Shown in pieces: positions 23,297 through 33,002 of a stretch of DNA of 64,000 nt; positions within the stretch are counted from its first letter, which is position 1; each line of letters begins with the position of its first letter. Made by a program: the position numbers and the translations under genes. A model generated the notes under the pieces. That model did no database searches. It was not told the DNA's origin and saw nothing but the letters and a program-made list of their open reading frames with translations. The stretch is taken from positions 1,488,001 to 1,552,000 of the forward strand of contig JAUPSS010000003.1 in NCBI GenBank assembly GCA_040285825.1. The letters run 5' to 3'. Source of the DNA: Eukaryota sp. TZLM1-RC. Taxonomy: Eukaryota; Protista; Metamonada: BaSk clade.

Positions 23297-24433
23297 TTAC
23301 AACTTGTTTGTCAAAAGTGAACCTACTTTCAAACAATTACCTATTTGTTGACCAAGTGAAACCAACAAATTTTCAACATTGGTTACCGAGTACTCCAATG
23401 AACACGGTCCTTGTTGTATGGAGAAAAAAGCATCAATATTGGGAACAGAAGCAAAATCTTTGCCTAATGATCCTGCAACAGCAATTACAGGAACATTGCA
23501 TTCCTTGCTACGAGCAGCGATTGCAGCTGGTGCTTTGCCAAAAGAGGTTTGGTAATCAAGACATCCTTCTCCAGTAATGACCAAATCCACTCCATCTAAC
23601 AAGGATTGAAAATTAATAAGATCCAAGACAAAATCAGCACCTGAAACATATTTGGCACCCAGAAGCTTCAGGGCAAAACCCAAGCCACCAGCAGCACCTG
23701 TTCCTTCTTGTTTCGCAATCGAGGGTCCATCAGGGCATAGGTTGCTGAAATGCACAATAGATTCCTCTAGTAATTGTATCTCGGTAACACCTTTCTGTGG
23801 GCCATATACCCTAGTAGCTCCAAACTGTCCATATAAAGGGTTTGTTACATCAGAAGCAACAATGAGCTGAATATTAGCGACTTTGTTTAAAGCACTACTA
23901 ACATCCACTCTATCTATACGGTTAAAATCTTGAGGTTTTACCTGCTCTATGGGTTTGTTATCAATGTCAAAAAATCTGGCGCCCAAGGCTTCCAAAAGAC
24001 CCACACCAGCATCATTGGTGCCGCTTCCACCCAAGGTAATATCAATTCTAGTAGATCCTTGATGAATAGCATAATTGATTACTTCACCCAAACCAAAAGA
24101 CGTCAATTCAACTGGATTCCGATCACACGGAGAAATCGTCGATAGTCCAACTGCTTGAGCACATTCAATAACACAATGACCTTGTTCAACAAACAACACA
24201 TCAGCATTATGCTTAAAGGCACCAGTAGGATGTTGCACAGAGATGGTACTGATATAACTGTTGGGAATAGATGCATGAAGAGTATTGAGAGTACCACAAC
24301 CTCCATCGGCAATGTTCAGAACATTACAAAAGATTGCTTTTGAAGTTTTTTGAAGACCAGTAGCCAGAGCTGATCCTATGGAATAGGAATCGAGACACTC
24401 TTTGAAAGCATCCACTGCAAGAAGAACTTTCAT
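23297..24433 (-). CDS. glxK: Glycerate kinase, class I (bacterial GarK/GlxK family)
   Basis: Motifs DAFKECL, ADGGCGT, GGSGTNDAG, DVTNPL.G..GA..VYGPQKG, GAAGGLG and ITGEG.LD.QT..GK.P. Confidence 0.92.
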   Translation of the reverse strand: MKVLLAVDAFKECLDSYSIGSALATGLQKTSKAIFCNVLNIADGGCGTLNTLHASIPNSYISTISVQHPTGAFKHNADVLFVEQGHCVIECAQAVGLSTISPCDRNPVELTSFGLGEVINYAIHQGSTRIDITLGGSGTNDAGVGLLEALGARFFDIDNKPIEQVKPQDFNRIDRVDVSSALNKVANIQLIVASDVTNPLYGQFGATRVYGPQKGVTEIQLLEESIVHFSNLCPDGPSIAKQEGTGAAGGLGFALKLLGAKYVSGADFVLDLINFQSLLDGVDLVITGEGCLDYQTSFGKAPAAIAARSKECNVPVIAVAGSLGKDFASVPNIDAFFSIQQGPCSLEYSVTNVENLLVSLGQQIGNCLKVGSLLTNKL

Positions 24434-24456
24434 TTAGTTTTTTGTAGAATGAAAAA

Positions 24457-24484
24457 TTTTTTTTACCAAAATTTTAATTTTATT
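24457..24484 (-). mobile_element. 28-bp 3'-end stub of retrotransposon family R1
   Basis: 27/28 identical to the 3' tail at 30516-30543 and flanked by GAAAAAT at 24451 and 24486. Confidence 0.55.
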
Positions 24485-25535
24485 AGAAAAATACCAATAT
24501 GGCTTCTATCAAAAGTCAAAGAGCAACTGCTTGAACACTAAATTAACACTATCAACCAACAGTGACACTGATCTCTTTTATTTTCAAAAATATGGTAAGC
24601 TTCTATTGCTGGAAGGCATATCTGCGAGCTGTATGTCAGAATAGCTGTATGGTGTAAAGGGAATCAGGATAAAGAGAATTTTAGTTATCATCGGTTATAG
24701 GAAAGTGAATTGAAAGGTTCAATAAAACCTATAATTCAACCTATCATTAATAACCTTTATCAACCAATGTGGGCCCAGGATAATTTTAAATTGGCACAAG
24801 AACAATCTGGACCTTTATTAGACAAACATCGTTGGGCGATTTGTTGCCTAGAAAGAGATTAAAAATGGTCAATAAATGAAAATGAAAATAAATAAATTTC
24901 AATAAATTTTTTCCGACAATAGACCAACTCAACTTTATTAGTCTATTTTAGTCTATCAAACCGAACCGAAATTCTATTTCAGAACCGAAATTATTACATG
25001 ACATTATTATTCCATGACAAACAGCAGTATAATAAAAAAATGACTAAGAACAATTAGTTTATCAAGAGAAAAAATACCTCAAAAAATAAATATTCCCCGG
25101 GAAATTGAATACTCATTAGTTGTTTGTGGAATAGAGATCGAAATGCTGAATATGATGGCAATGATGGAAGTACATGTAAAAGGTGGAGACAGGCCGTAAT
25201 ACCGTAATAGAGAAAAGTTGGATTGTGAAGAAGCTGACGATGGAAAGGAATGGCCACACAGGAAAAGAGTGATGGGGTTTAGGACGAGTCCAACAATTGT
25301 TTTAAGGGAACCAACTGCATGTATAAGGTAAAATGGAATCAGAGATGAGTAGAAAAACCGGTAGAAAGAGTGCAGGGGGAGTGCTAAAGCTCTGAAAAGA
25401 AGGTAAGTGAGGGAAATAAGAAGCTAGTTTATGAAGTGTGGGGAAAGTGTGGGAACCTCCCAGAACAGGCAACAAGAAGTCGAAAATGGGGTGACAAGTG
25501 TAAAATTTGATAGATGAGCTCTTTATTGTCACTAC

Positions 25536-27290
25536 ATGAGAGACACCCCCTCTGTATCACGTGTATTCACTCGGTCTTGTGCACTTAATTCGCTGCTCAC
25601 CCCTGCAGCGGTGCAACAAATTCGGACTGACCTTCCTTTGGTCACCGAGATTTGTCATGAAGCTTCTTTATTACTTCAATCTTTTCTTCTAAATTTTCCG
25701 TTGGCATCTAGAGCTTTAGTGGAACAGGATGTATGGCATCTTTTTATGACCGTCATCACCACTGGTTTTTTTCCAAAGCCATCCACCTCCAAAGGCTAAC
25801 GCCAATTACACCATATCTTTTACAGTGTATTTTTTTCTGAATGCTCACAAGATAGGTCTCTTGTTTCTTCATGGGAAAATTCTTCACTGCCTTATAGAAA
25901 TTCATTCAATCTGTTTCTCAATGCTTGGCTACAGTCTCAGAAATGTAATTTTATCGATGGAAAAGGGATTCTCCTTACCTTGCTTGTCGGGCTCGTCAAT
26001 TGGCGTCTAAAGATAAGACAAGTTTACCTAAAATTTGTCAATTTCGGACAGAAAACTTAATTCATGCTCATTGTAGAGCTCTAGATAAAACCAGTGTCTG
26101 TGCCAGTTATCTTCTCTCTCTTTTACCAATTGAATCCTTAGCCCAACCCGAAGAAGTAGTTGTTGATTCTGTTCTCGAACCCTACACCAATTTCAATCTG
26201 AATAATTCAAGAGAAAGATTTTTCTATTAAATGCATGTAAGTTTATCTTGAAGCTTCTTCAAAGATCTCCTACCAGTGCTTCCCTACTGTGTTTACGTGA
26301 TAAAATCAACTTTTGATCAAAGGAAATTGGTGAGCTTTTTCTCTTTAATCTTAAAATTTCACAATATTTACTCATTTTCTGTTCTCATATGCAATACTGG
26401 AAGAAAATTAGAATGATACCATTAACTACTCATAAAGGTTCCAAATTTCCTGAGGTGCCTTCACATGTTTTCCACTCTGTGAAAAAATTCCCACTTATTG
26501 AAGGACCATCTTCCAAAACAAAGTTCATCAAAAATACATGTCTGAAACGAAAATTCAATGTTCTTACTAAAAATTTAATATCAACAGAAAAAGTTTGAAA
26601 AATAAATTTAAAACAATTTTATTGAAAACTAATGGTAATAAACTGCTCTTGACCTTTGAAGGCAAAATTAATGACTCAGAAAAGACAGATCAACTGGATG
26701 AACCACCGAAAAAGAAAAGAAGAACAAAAAAAGAAATGAAAAGTGACCCTAATGCCAACAAAACCAGAGAAACACAGTTGAAGGGCACTAAAAAAATGCC
26801 CCGTCGAAGACGCAGACAGCCAGTCGAAATTTTACCTGAAAAGCCCCTTATTGGCGTTGATCTGGGACAATCTAGATTATGTGGTTACTTCTTGAAGAAT
26901 CAATGTGGAGTTATCCCTTGTCCAACTGCAGAAGATACATGACAAAACTTTCACCCAGTAAACACTCTCCCAACGAATATTCCGTTCAAAATTTCAACCA
27001 ATATTTCAACCATTTTAATTTGCTCAGGAGGAAAGTGTTTTTGGAAAGTAATCACCAGAAATGGAAAATAATAAATTTGATAACCGAAGACAAAAAGAGA
27101 GATGGTTCAGTGAGAGTCCCAACAAATTTCAAAGGCTGGCTGGACATCCTGAAAAACTCTATCTTGCTGTGGGTTCTGCTAATTTCCCTTCTCATTGCCG
27201 AAAAGTCAATCGATATGGATCAGCTAGGGCTTTCAGAAAAAATTCTTCAAAAATTATTTTCCCTTTAGGGTCAAAACACCCATGAACAGT
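25536..27290 (+). pseudogene. Decayed Fanzor gene, subgroup B
   Basis: ILLKTNG (TDG-like), a basic NLS-like tract, RuvC-I LIGVDLGQSRLCG, and RRQKERWF..LAVGSA. It is collinear with the 35976-37680 locus. There are many frameshifts and the C-terminus was not recognised. Confidence 0.65.
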
Positions 27291-28306
27291 AAAACCTAAA
27301 TGTACTACTTGGTGAGTTCAACACAATTCTTCTAATTTGAAGACTTTAAAATTTTATCAGAATAAGCAATAGTCCATTTGTTACCACTACCTCCAACTGT
27401 GGTAACATCAAAAGCAATTTTCAATGATGTTGGAATTGCATCAACAGGAAAAATTTAATTCAAGTTCAAGCTCATATTTTAAAAATTGTTTACTTCATCA
27501 TATCTTTGTATGACTATTGATGAAACTATTCTGCGTGGAAATGAATGATCTAAGCCACATTATATACTTCTGTCAGCTTTCAACTTATTATATTGTTTTC
27601 CATGAAGCAATCTCAACATATTAATAAATTTTGTTGAACTACAACACTTGCTAAAATTAAATTATATTTCTCTTTAAAAAAAGCTGCGTGATATGACGTT
27701 GACATACTTTAATCTTTTCCACCAGTTCAAGTCAAAACCTACACAAGCAGATGATGAAGCCGATAGAGAAAATTTTAAACTGAATACCTTGCATTAACAT
27801 TGGTTAAATCAAGATCACGTACAGTCATTTGTAAAGAAACTGAATCACAAATATGTGCAACTTGACCCAAATGGAAAAACCCCAATTAGCCATAGAAAGT
27901 GGAAATAAATTAAATCAAGATTTGTGACTATTAACTTGACCAAGAATGAAACAACGTTTGTAGCAATGATGTTCACCCACACAACTACTGATCAGGCCTG
28001 TGGGCGCTCAACTTCGGAATGCGATTCGGGGTTTGGGGGGGGGGGTGTTGATTATTCAGTATATTTAATTCTGAATTAGGATTAGAGTTTGTTATTAGCA
28101 GTAATCTATTTCATCTCAGTAATTGATTAGTAGTATTTGCTGTGTAAAACTCAGAGCTAATTAAAGCAGTGTTTAAGTATTCTATTTCCAGAATATTCAC
28201 AATGACAAAAATGTTTATCTCTAAACAAGGTTTCTCAGTACAGTGGGTACGAGAGCAAGAAAAGTCCCTTTTAGCAAGACTTTCAAAATAATGATTGCCA
28301 CCCTAA

Positions 28307-29032
28307 TCACTGATTCCCAAGTGAATTCAAATCTCGCTTTTTTACTACAGCGGGATTCCCAGCCACTAAACAATCTTCTGGAACATCCTCTACAACAACA
28401 CTCCCTGCACCAACCACACTGTTCTTACCAATCGTAACACCTGGCAGAACCACAACTCCTCCCCCTAGCCAACAATTGTCACCGATTGTGATAGGCTTGG
28501 TGTATTCCAAGAAAGAATTTCTTGTCTTGACGTCAAAGGGGTGATTGACAGTGTAGATCTGAACATTTGGACCGAGCATTACATTATTACCAATGGTAAC
28601 TTGACCACAATCTAGGAAAACGCAATTGTAGTTGCAATAAAAGTTATCGCCAATGATGGTGTTAGTACCATAGTCTATTCGAAAAGGAGATTCAATATAA
28701 GGATTAGATCCGATTGAACTAAAAATGGTGGGAATGATTTTGGATCGTTTTGCAATATTTAAGGTGTTGTTCAACCGGTTGGTAAGCTTTCTAGCTCGCG
28801 TTCGTCTATCACATAGTAAAGGAACGAGAGGATTGTATAGGTGACCATTGAGCATCTTTTGTTCTTCTTCTTGATCATTGATGGAATAATCTAAGGACTT
28901 CGGGACTACATCCAATAGCAAGCGAATGAAGCGACCAAGATAATAGAGAATCATTGCGGATGTGATGAGCCATATAAACAATAAGATGTTCTGCACCGTG
29001 AAGAGAGAAGAGTCGATAGTAATGGAAAGCAT
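28307..29032 (-). CDS. Maltose/galactoside O-acetyltransferase family protein with an N-terminal hydrophobic extension
   Basis: EQKMLNGHLY, IESPFRIDYG.N, hexapeptide repeats and AGNPA. Confidence 0.9.
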   Translation of the reverse strand: MLSITIDSSLFTVQNILLFIWLITSAMILYYLGRFIRLLLDVVPKSLDYSINDQEEEQKMLNGHLYNPLVPLLCDRRTRARKLTNRLNNTLNIAKRSKIIPTIFSSIGSNPYIESPFRIDYGTNTIIGDNFYCNYNCVFLDCGQVTIGNNVMLGPNVQIYTVNHPFDVKTRNSFLEYTKPITIGDNCWLGGGVVVLPGVTIGKNSVVGAGSVVVEDVPEDCLVAGNPAVVKKRDLNSLGNQ

Positions 29033-30521
29033 CTATTTGTGTTGTATACCAGGAATAAAAATTTAATTATTAAATCCAATACTGCCTTTTGAAAGCTAAA
29101 TTCAAAAATATGGTTCCATTATCCTCCCTCTTCCATGTACAGTTTTCTCTACAACAATGGGACTCAAAAATTTTAAAAATTTAGGTTAGTGATGCCGCAT
29201 TTAGTGCTGTGACAAAATATGATTTTAATCCAATATTTCTTAAAACGAACAATGAATCCGTTGTTCTAAATTCCTAAAGCAACAGCATAAAGTCCCTTAC
29301 GTTCACATATATGCATACACGAATCTATTTACGCATTCACATAAATTATAATAGAACAATAAAGCAACGTCAATACTGTTACTTTCGCTATTTTTGCGAA
29401 TTGCGAAGACAAAATCCTAATGTTGTGCTTCCTTGGTTAATTTTTGAGATGAATATATACTTTTGACGATCAACCAAAGAATTTTCTGCACTGGCGTTGT
29501 TAAGCACAAATTGTCTAATGCAAGCCTATTAATTGATACATTGAATCCCTGACACAACTAAAGTGTGTCCATTATTCATAAACCATTGTGGATTGAACAA
29601 CATTCAAAGAGCAGAGATTTCTTCTTTACTTCCACTGTGATCTATCTTTGTGATGTGAAATTGACATGAATCAGTAATACTTTTGACACTTATACTTATA
29701 ATTATGTGAGAAGTAGCAACTAGTGGATTAATTTTATGTGACCAATTTTACATTTGTCATATATAATGAAAAATTGATAATTTAAATACCAACTCTCACA
29801 CACATCCCTTCTTTGTCCTTTCGCCTTCTCCTTATTTGTAACCTTCAGTAAACCTCACAAAAAGTCTCAATAATCAACTCCATTATTGATGCTTTCTGAG
29901 AAGTATTGGTTGTTGCTTAGTTTTCTATTCTGTATTATCCAACTTCAAAGCAATAGAAATTGTCTTCAAAGTAAGACATTTGTAAAGTTATCTTTTTCAC
30001 CTGAAGGAGGCTTGTTTACAACAGGTAAATGAACACCAAATTTAAAAACTATTGCATACACCACAATGTCAGTGGAAGAATCGAAAGCAAAACATGACAG
30101 TGAAAATAGAATATTGTTTAGAAACATTGCTTCAGTACATCTCAGCTTAAGTAAAAGTCTAAAGTTCAATTAACCAAACAAAACAGCAAAGCTGTAGAAC
30201 AATTCGATGGTGGAAATGTGTTGTACTGTGGACAATTAGTCTAGTACATTTGTATTTATATAATATAGTTCACTAGTGATGGCCTTTATAAGGGCCGGTG
30301 AAATTCTAATAAATATCCTTATTATTTTTTATCATATATGGATAAAGCATCAAATGGTAGGAATTTTGGGCTTTCTTAAACTGTTGTTCGTTATTGAGTG
30401 GTTCATGACCCACACTGTGTATTCAAGAGTAAGATGACACGTTTGACGTTGTTTAATGCATAAAATTTGTTTTGATAATGTCATGTTTGTAAAAACATTG
30501 GGACAAAATGATATCTTTTTT

Positions 30522-31215
30522 TTACCAAAATTTTAGTTTTATTCAAATCCTACAAATCAACATCTAAAAAATCCATCTCTCCCAAAACAAAAACACTAGA
30601 TGCAACTCTCTCATAGTGAGATCCAAGAGAAAGCAAAGCATCAGAAACCATCTTCAACATCCCCTTAAAAATAGAAAACACAATTCTATTTTGCCAAAAC
30701 AATCTGTTGAAATTTCTGCCAGTTCTTCTCTTTACAATCATTTCAAAATCATCCAAAAAACGTAAAGCAGTTGGTGCAAGTGAACCAAAAAGGGAAAATA
30801 CCAATGGATACAAATTGTATTTTGCATGCTGTAGACTGGCCAATTTGGACAAAGGTTCATTGTATTTTTTGAATTTAAAATTTTCAGCATTTGAAAGGGG
30901 ATTATGAATTTCAGAATTAACAAGCCTTTCATTTGAGGCATTACAAGGATCAACAGACATTACATCCAATAAAATGAAGCTTTTATCTAATCCAGGTAAT
31001 ATTACATCACCTCTACTATTCTTATGAAAATCATCTTCAGCATCAAACAGACTTAACAACAGAGGTTCCAAGAAGGATTCAATTCTATGAGATTTACACA
31101 TACAATATAACTGGTCTCTTACAGCATCATGAACTTTGCTTCTAAAAGTAATAGAATGTTTACAATTTAACAAATGAGTAGTTGTAATTTCTCGAGAGCA
31201 TTTACAAATTAAATT
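30522..31215 (-). mobile_element. 5'-truncated family R1 retrotransposon with TSD ATATCTTTTTT (30511-30521 / 31216-31226)
   Basis: Intact knuckle and RLE reading frame (CKC..HLLNC..RSKVHD, EP, RGDV..DV, KKY), homologous to 9890-10540, with a short A tail. Confidence 0.9.
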
Positions 31216-31248
31216 ATATCTTTTTTGATTCGCTGTTTGATAAATAAA

Positions 31249-32946
31249 ATGGTACCTGGACAAAAAATGGCAAAATTCTCAATGCCAGACTCTATTGAAC
31301 CACCGTTAAAACAACCCCGATCAGATGGAGCTACTAATCTTTCAGAATACTCTCTTGATGAGTCTGATATATCATCACTCAATCTTCCATATTGCAGATT
31401 TGCTTCTTGTACAAATGACCGTCCTTCAACCAAATTATCTCCTGTAGAACATTCATCATTACGAATAGCTTCCACCCCTGCAACTTCTATCACATGTTCA
31501 CCAGTCACAGAGATGCCTCTTCAACCCAAGCTTCTGTCTCATATTTCTTCCAAATTACCCGAGCTGTCGAACGATGAAACCACTATTATAAACTCTCTCT
31601 TTAACTATTCCGATGTTTTGTACACTTCTCGGTCCCATGTTGGCAAGCTAGAAGACCCCCTCCTGTATGGCACGCTTTTGCACATCACCAACCACATCCT
31701 CAAACTCCAAGCCAGAATTGAAGCTCATAATCTCAAAATCAAGCAGGAACTCCCAGGACCTTTTCCAGATCAAGGTTTCACTCGACCTTCTGTCTTGATT
31801 CTTTGTCCTTTTAGGAGCCATGTTTACAAAATGGTGAATTATTTATTTGAAATATTTCCAAACATTAAAGAAATTGGAAATAAAAAAAGATTTCTTGAAG
31901 AATTTGGTGCTTTGGGCACTGATGATGGTTATGGTGATGTAATGGAGAAGAAACCGGAAGACTGGAATCAAATATTTTACGGTAATGTTGACGATTGCTT
32001 TGTTTTGCCGGTAAGTTTTGCATTTAAACAAATCAAATTATTCTCTTCATTTATCAAGGCGGACGTTATATTTGCCTCTCCTTTGGGGTTAAAAATGATA
32101 ATCAAAAAGGAAGGTGATTTCTCCTTTTTGAGCTCCTTGTCGATGGTTTTTGTCGATGCTGTAGACGTCATTTTCCATCAAAATTGGGAGCATTTGACAT
32201 CCATACTTGGTCAAGTCAACCAAATTCCAAAGAAACTCTCCGAAACCACTGACATTAGTAGACTCTGGCCCGTATTTCAGGATGGTAAGCCCCATGTAGC
32301 CCGACAAACAATTCTTTATTCTCATTTAAATTTCCCTTTATTAATGAATTTGTTTAAGAAATCTTCAAATATGAATGGAAAAGTATCTTTTTCCAAAGAA
32401 CCTAATGCAATTATTTCCAAGTTAAATAATGGAGGTTCACAGACATTTTTAAGAATTTCAAATTGTTCAAGAGCAAATGAAATAGATAACAGATTTAAAA
32501 TTTTATTGTCCACTGTGTTACCTAGGTTATTAGTACAAAAGAAAAGAATTGTCATTTTTGTATCGGACTATTTAACATTTACCCTAGCTAAGCAAAGATT
32601 AAAAAAAGAGCAATTACACTTTTATCCTATTTGTGAGTATGATAAGAAATCTACCATTGACAGAGCTAGAACTTATTTCGCAAAAGATCAAGAAGGGGTT
32701 ATTCTTTTATTAAGTGGAAGATTCTATTTTTACCAACGTTTAAAAATCATCAATAGCCATCATATTGTGTTTTTTGATTTGCCTTATTACCCAATTCATT
32801 ATCCTTTTTTAATCAATGGATCATCAGAAAATTCATCAACTACTATCTTTAGTAAATTTGATGGTTATTTCTTGGAGAATATAGTTGGTTCAAGAGAAGC
32901 AGTTTCCATGATTAATTCAGACCAAACAACTTTTATTGTTCAATAG
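31249..32946 (+). CDS. UTP25: U3 snoRNA-associated protein 25
   Basis: Motifs DQGFTRPSVLILCPFR, GNVDDCF, ADVIFASPLGL and QNWEH. The first ATG is at 31249. Confidence 0.92.
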   Translation: MVPGQKMAKFSMPDSIEPPLKQPRSDGATNLSEYSLDESDISSLNLPYCRFASCTNDRPSTKLSPVEHSSLRIASTPATSITCSPVTEMPLQPKLLSHISSKLPELSNDETTIINSLFNYSDVLYTSRSHVGKLEDPLLYGTLLHITNHILKLQARIEAHNLKIKQELPGPFPDQGFTRPSVLILCPFRSHVYKMVNYLFEIFPNIKEIGNKKRFLEEFGALGTDDGYGDVMEKKPEDWNQIFYGNVDDCFVLPVSFAFKQIKLFSSFIKADVIFASPLGLKMIIKKEGDFSFLSSLSMVFVDAVDVIFHQNWEHLTSILGQVNQIPKKLSETTDISRLWPVFQDGKPHVARQTILYSHLNFPLLMNLFKKSSNMNGKVSFSKEPNAIISKLNNGGSQTFLRISNCSRANEIDNRFKILLSTVLPRLLVQKKRIVIFVSDYLTFTLAKQRLKKEQLHFYPICEYDKKSTIDRARTYFAKDQEGVILLLSGRFYFYQRLKIINSHHIVFFDLPYYPIHYPFLINGSSENSSTTIFSKFDGYFLENIVGSREAVSMINSDQTTFIVQ

Positions 32947-33002
32947 TTTTCATTGTTTAGTATTGTTTTAGTAAATTAGTTTTCATTGTTTAGTATTGTT
33001 TT
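32944..33002. repeat. 26-bp direct repeat x2 filling the UTP25/PRP16 convergent gap
   Basis: TAGTTTTCATTGTTTAGTATTGTTTT at 32944 and 32977. Confidence 0.9.

Noticed and set aside
24958-24992. AACCGAA repeats upstream of the subgroup-B Fanzor, as possible subterminal repeats
   Set aside because: No matching inverted end or TSD was located.
27994-28048. GC-rich patch with a G-run (possible transposon end or G-quadruplex)
   Set aside because: A single occurrence with no partner sequence in the window.
29250-30450. Degraded coding-like sequence, possibly an old DNA transposase (also at 60600-61000 and 62300-63500)
   Set aside because: No motif could be supported from the sequence alone.
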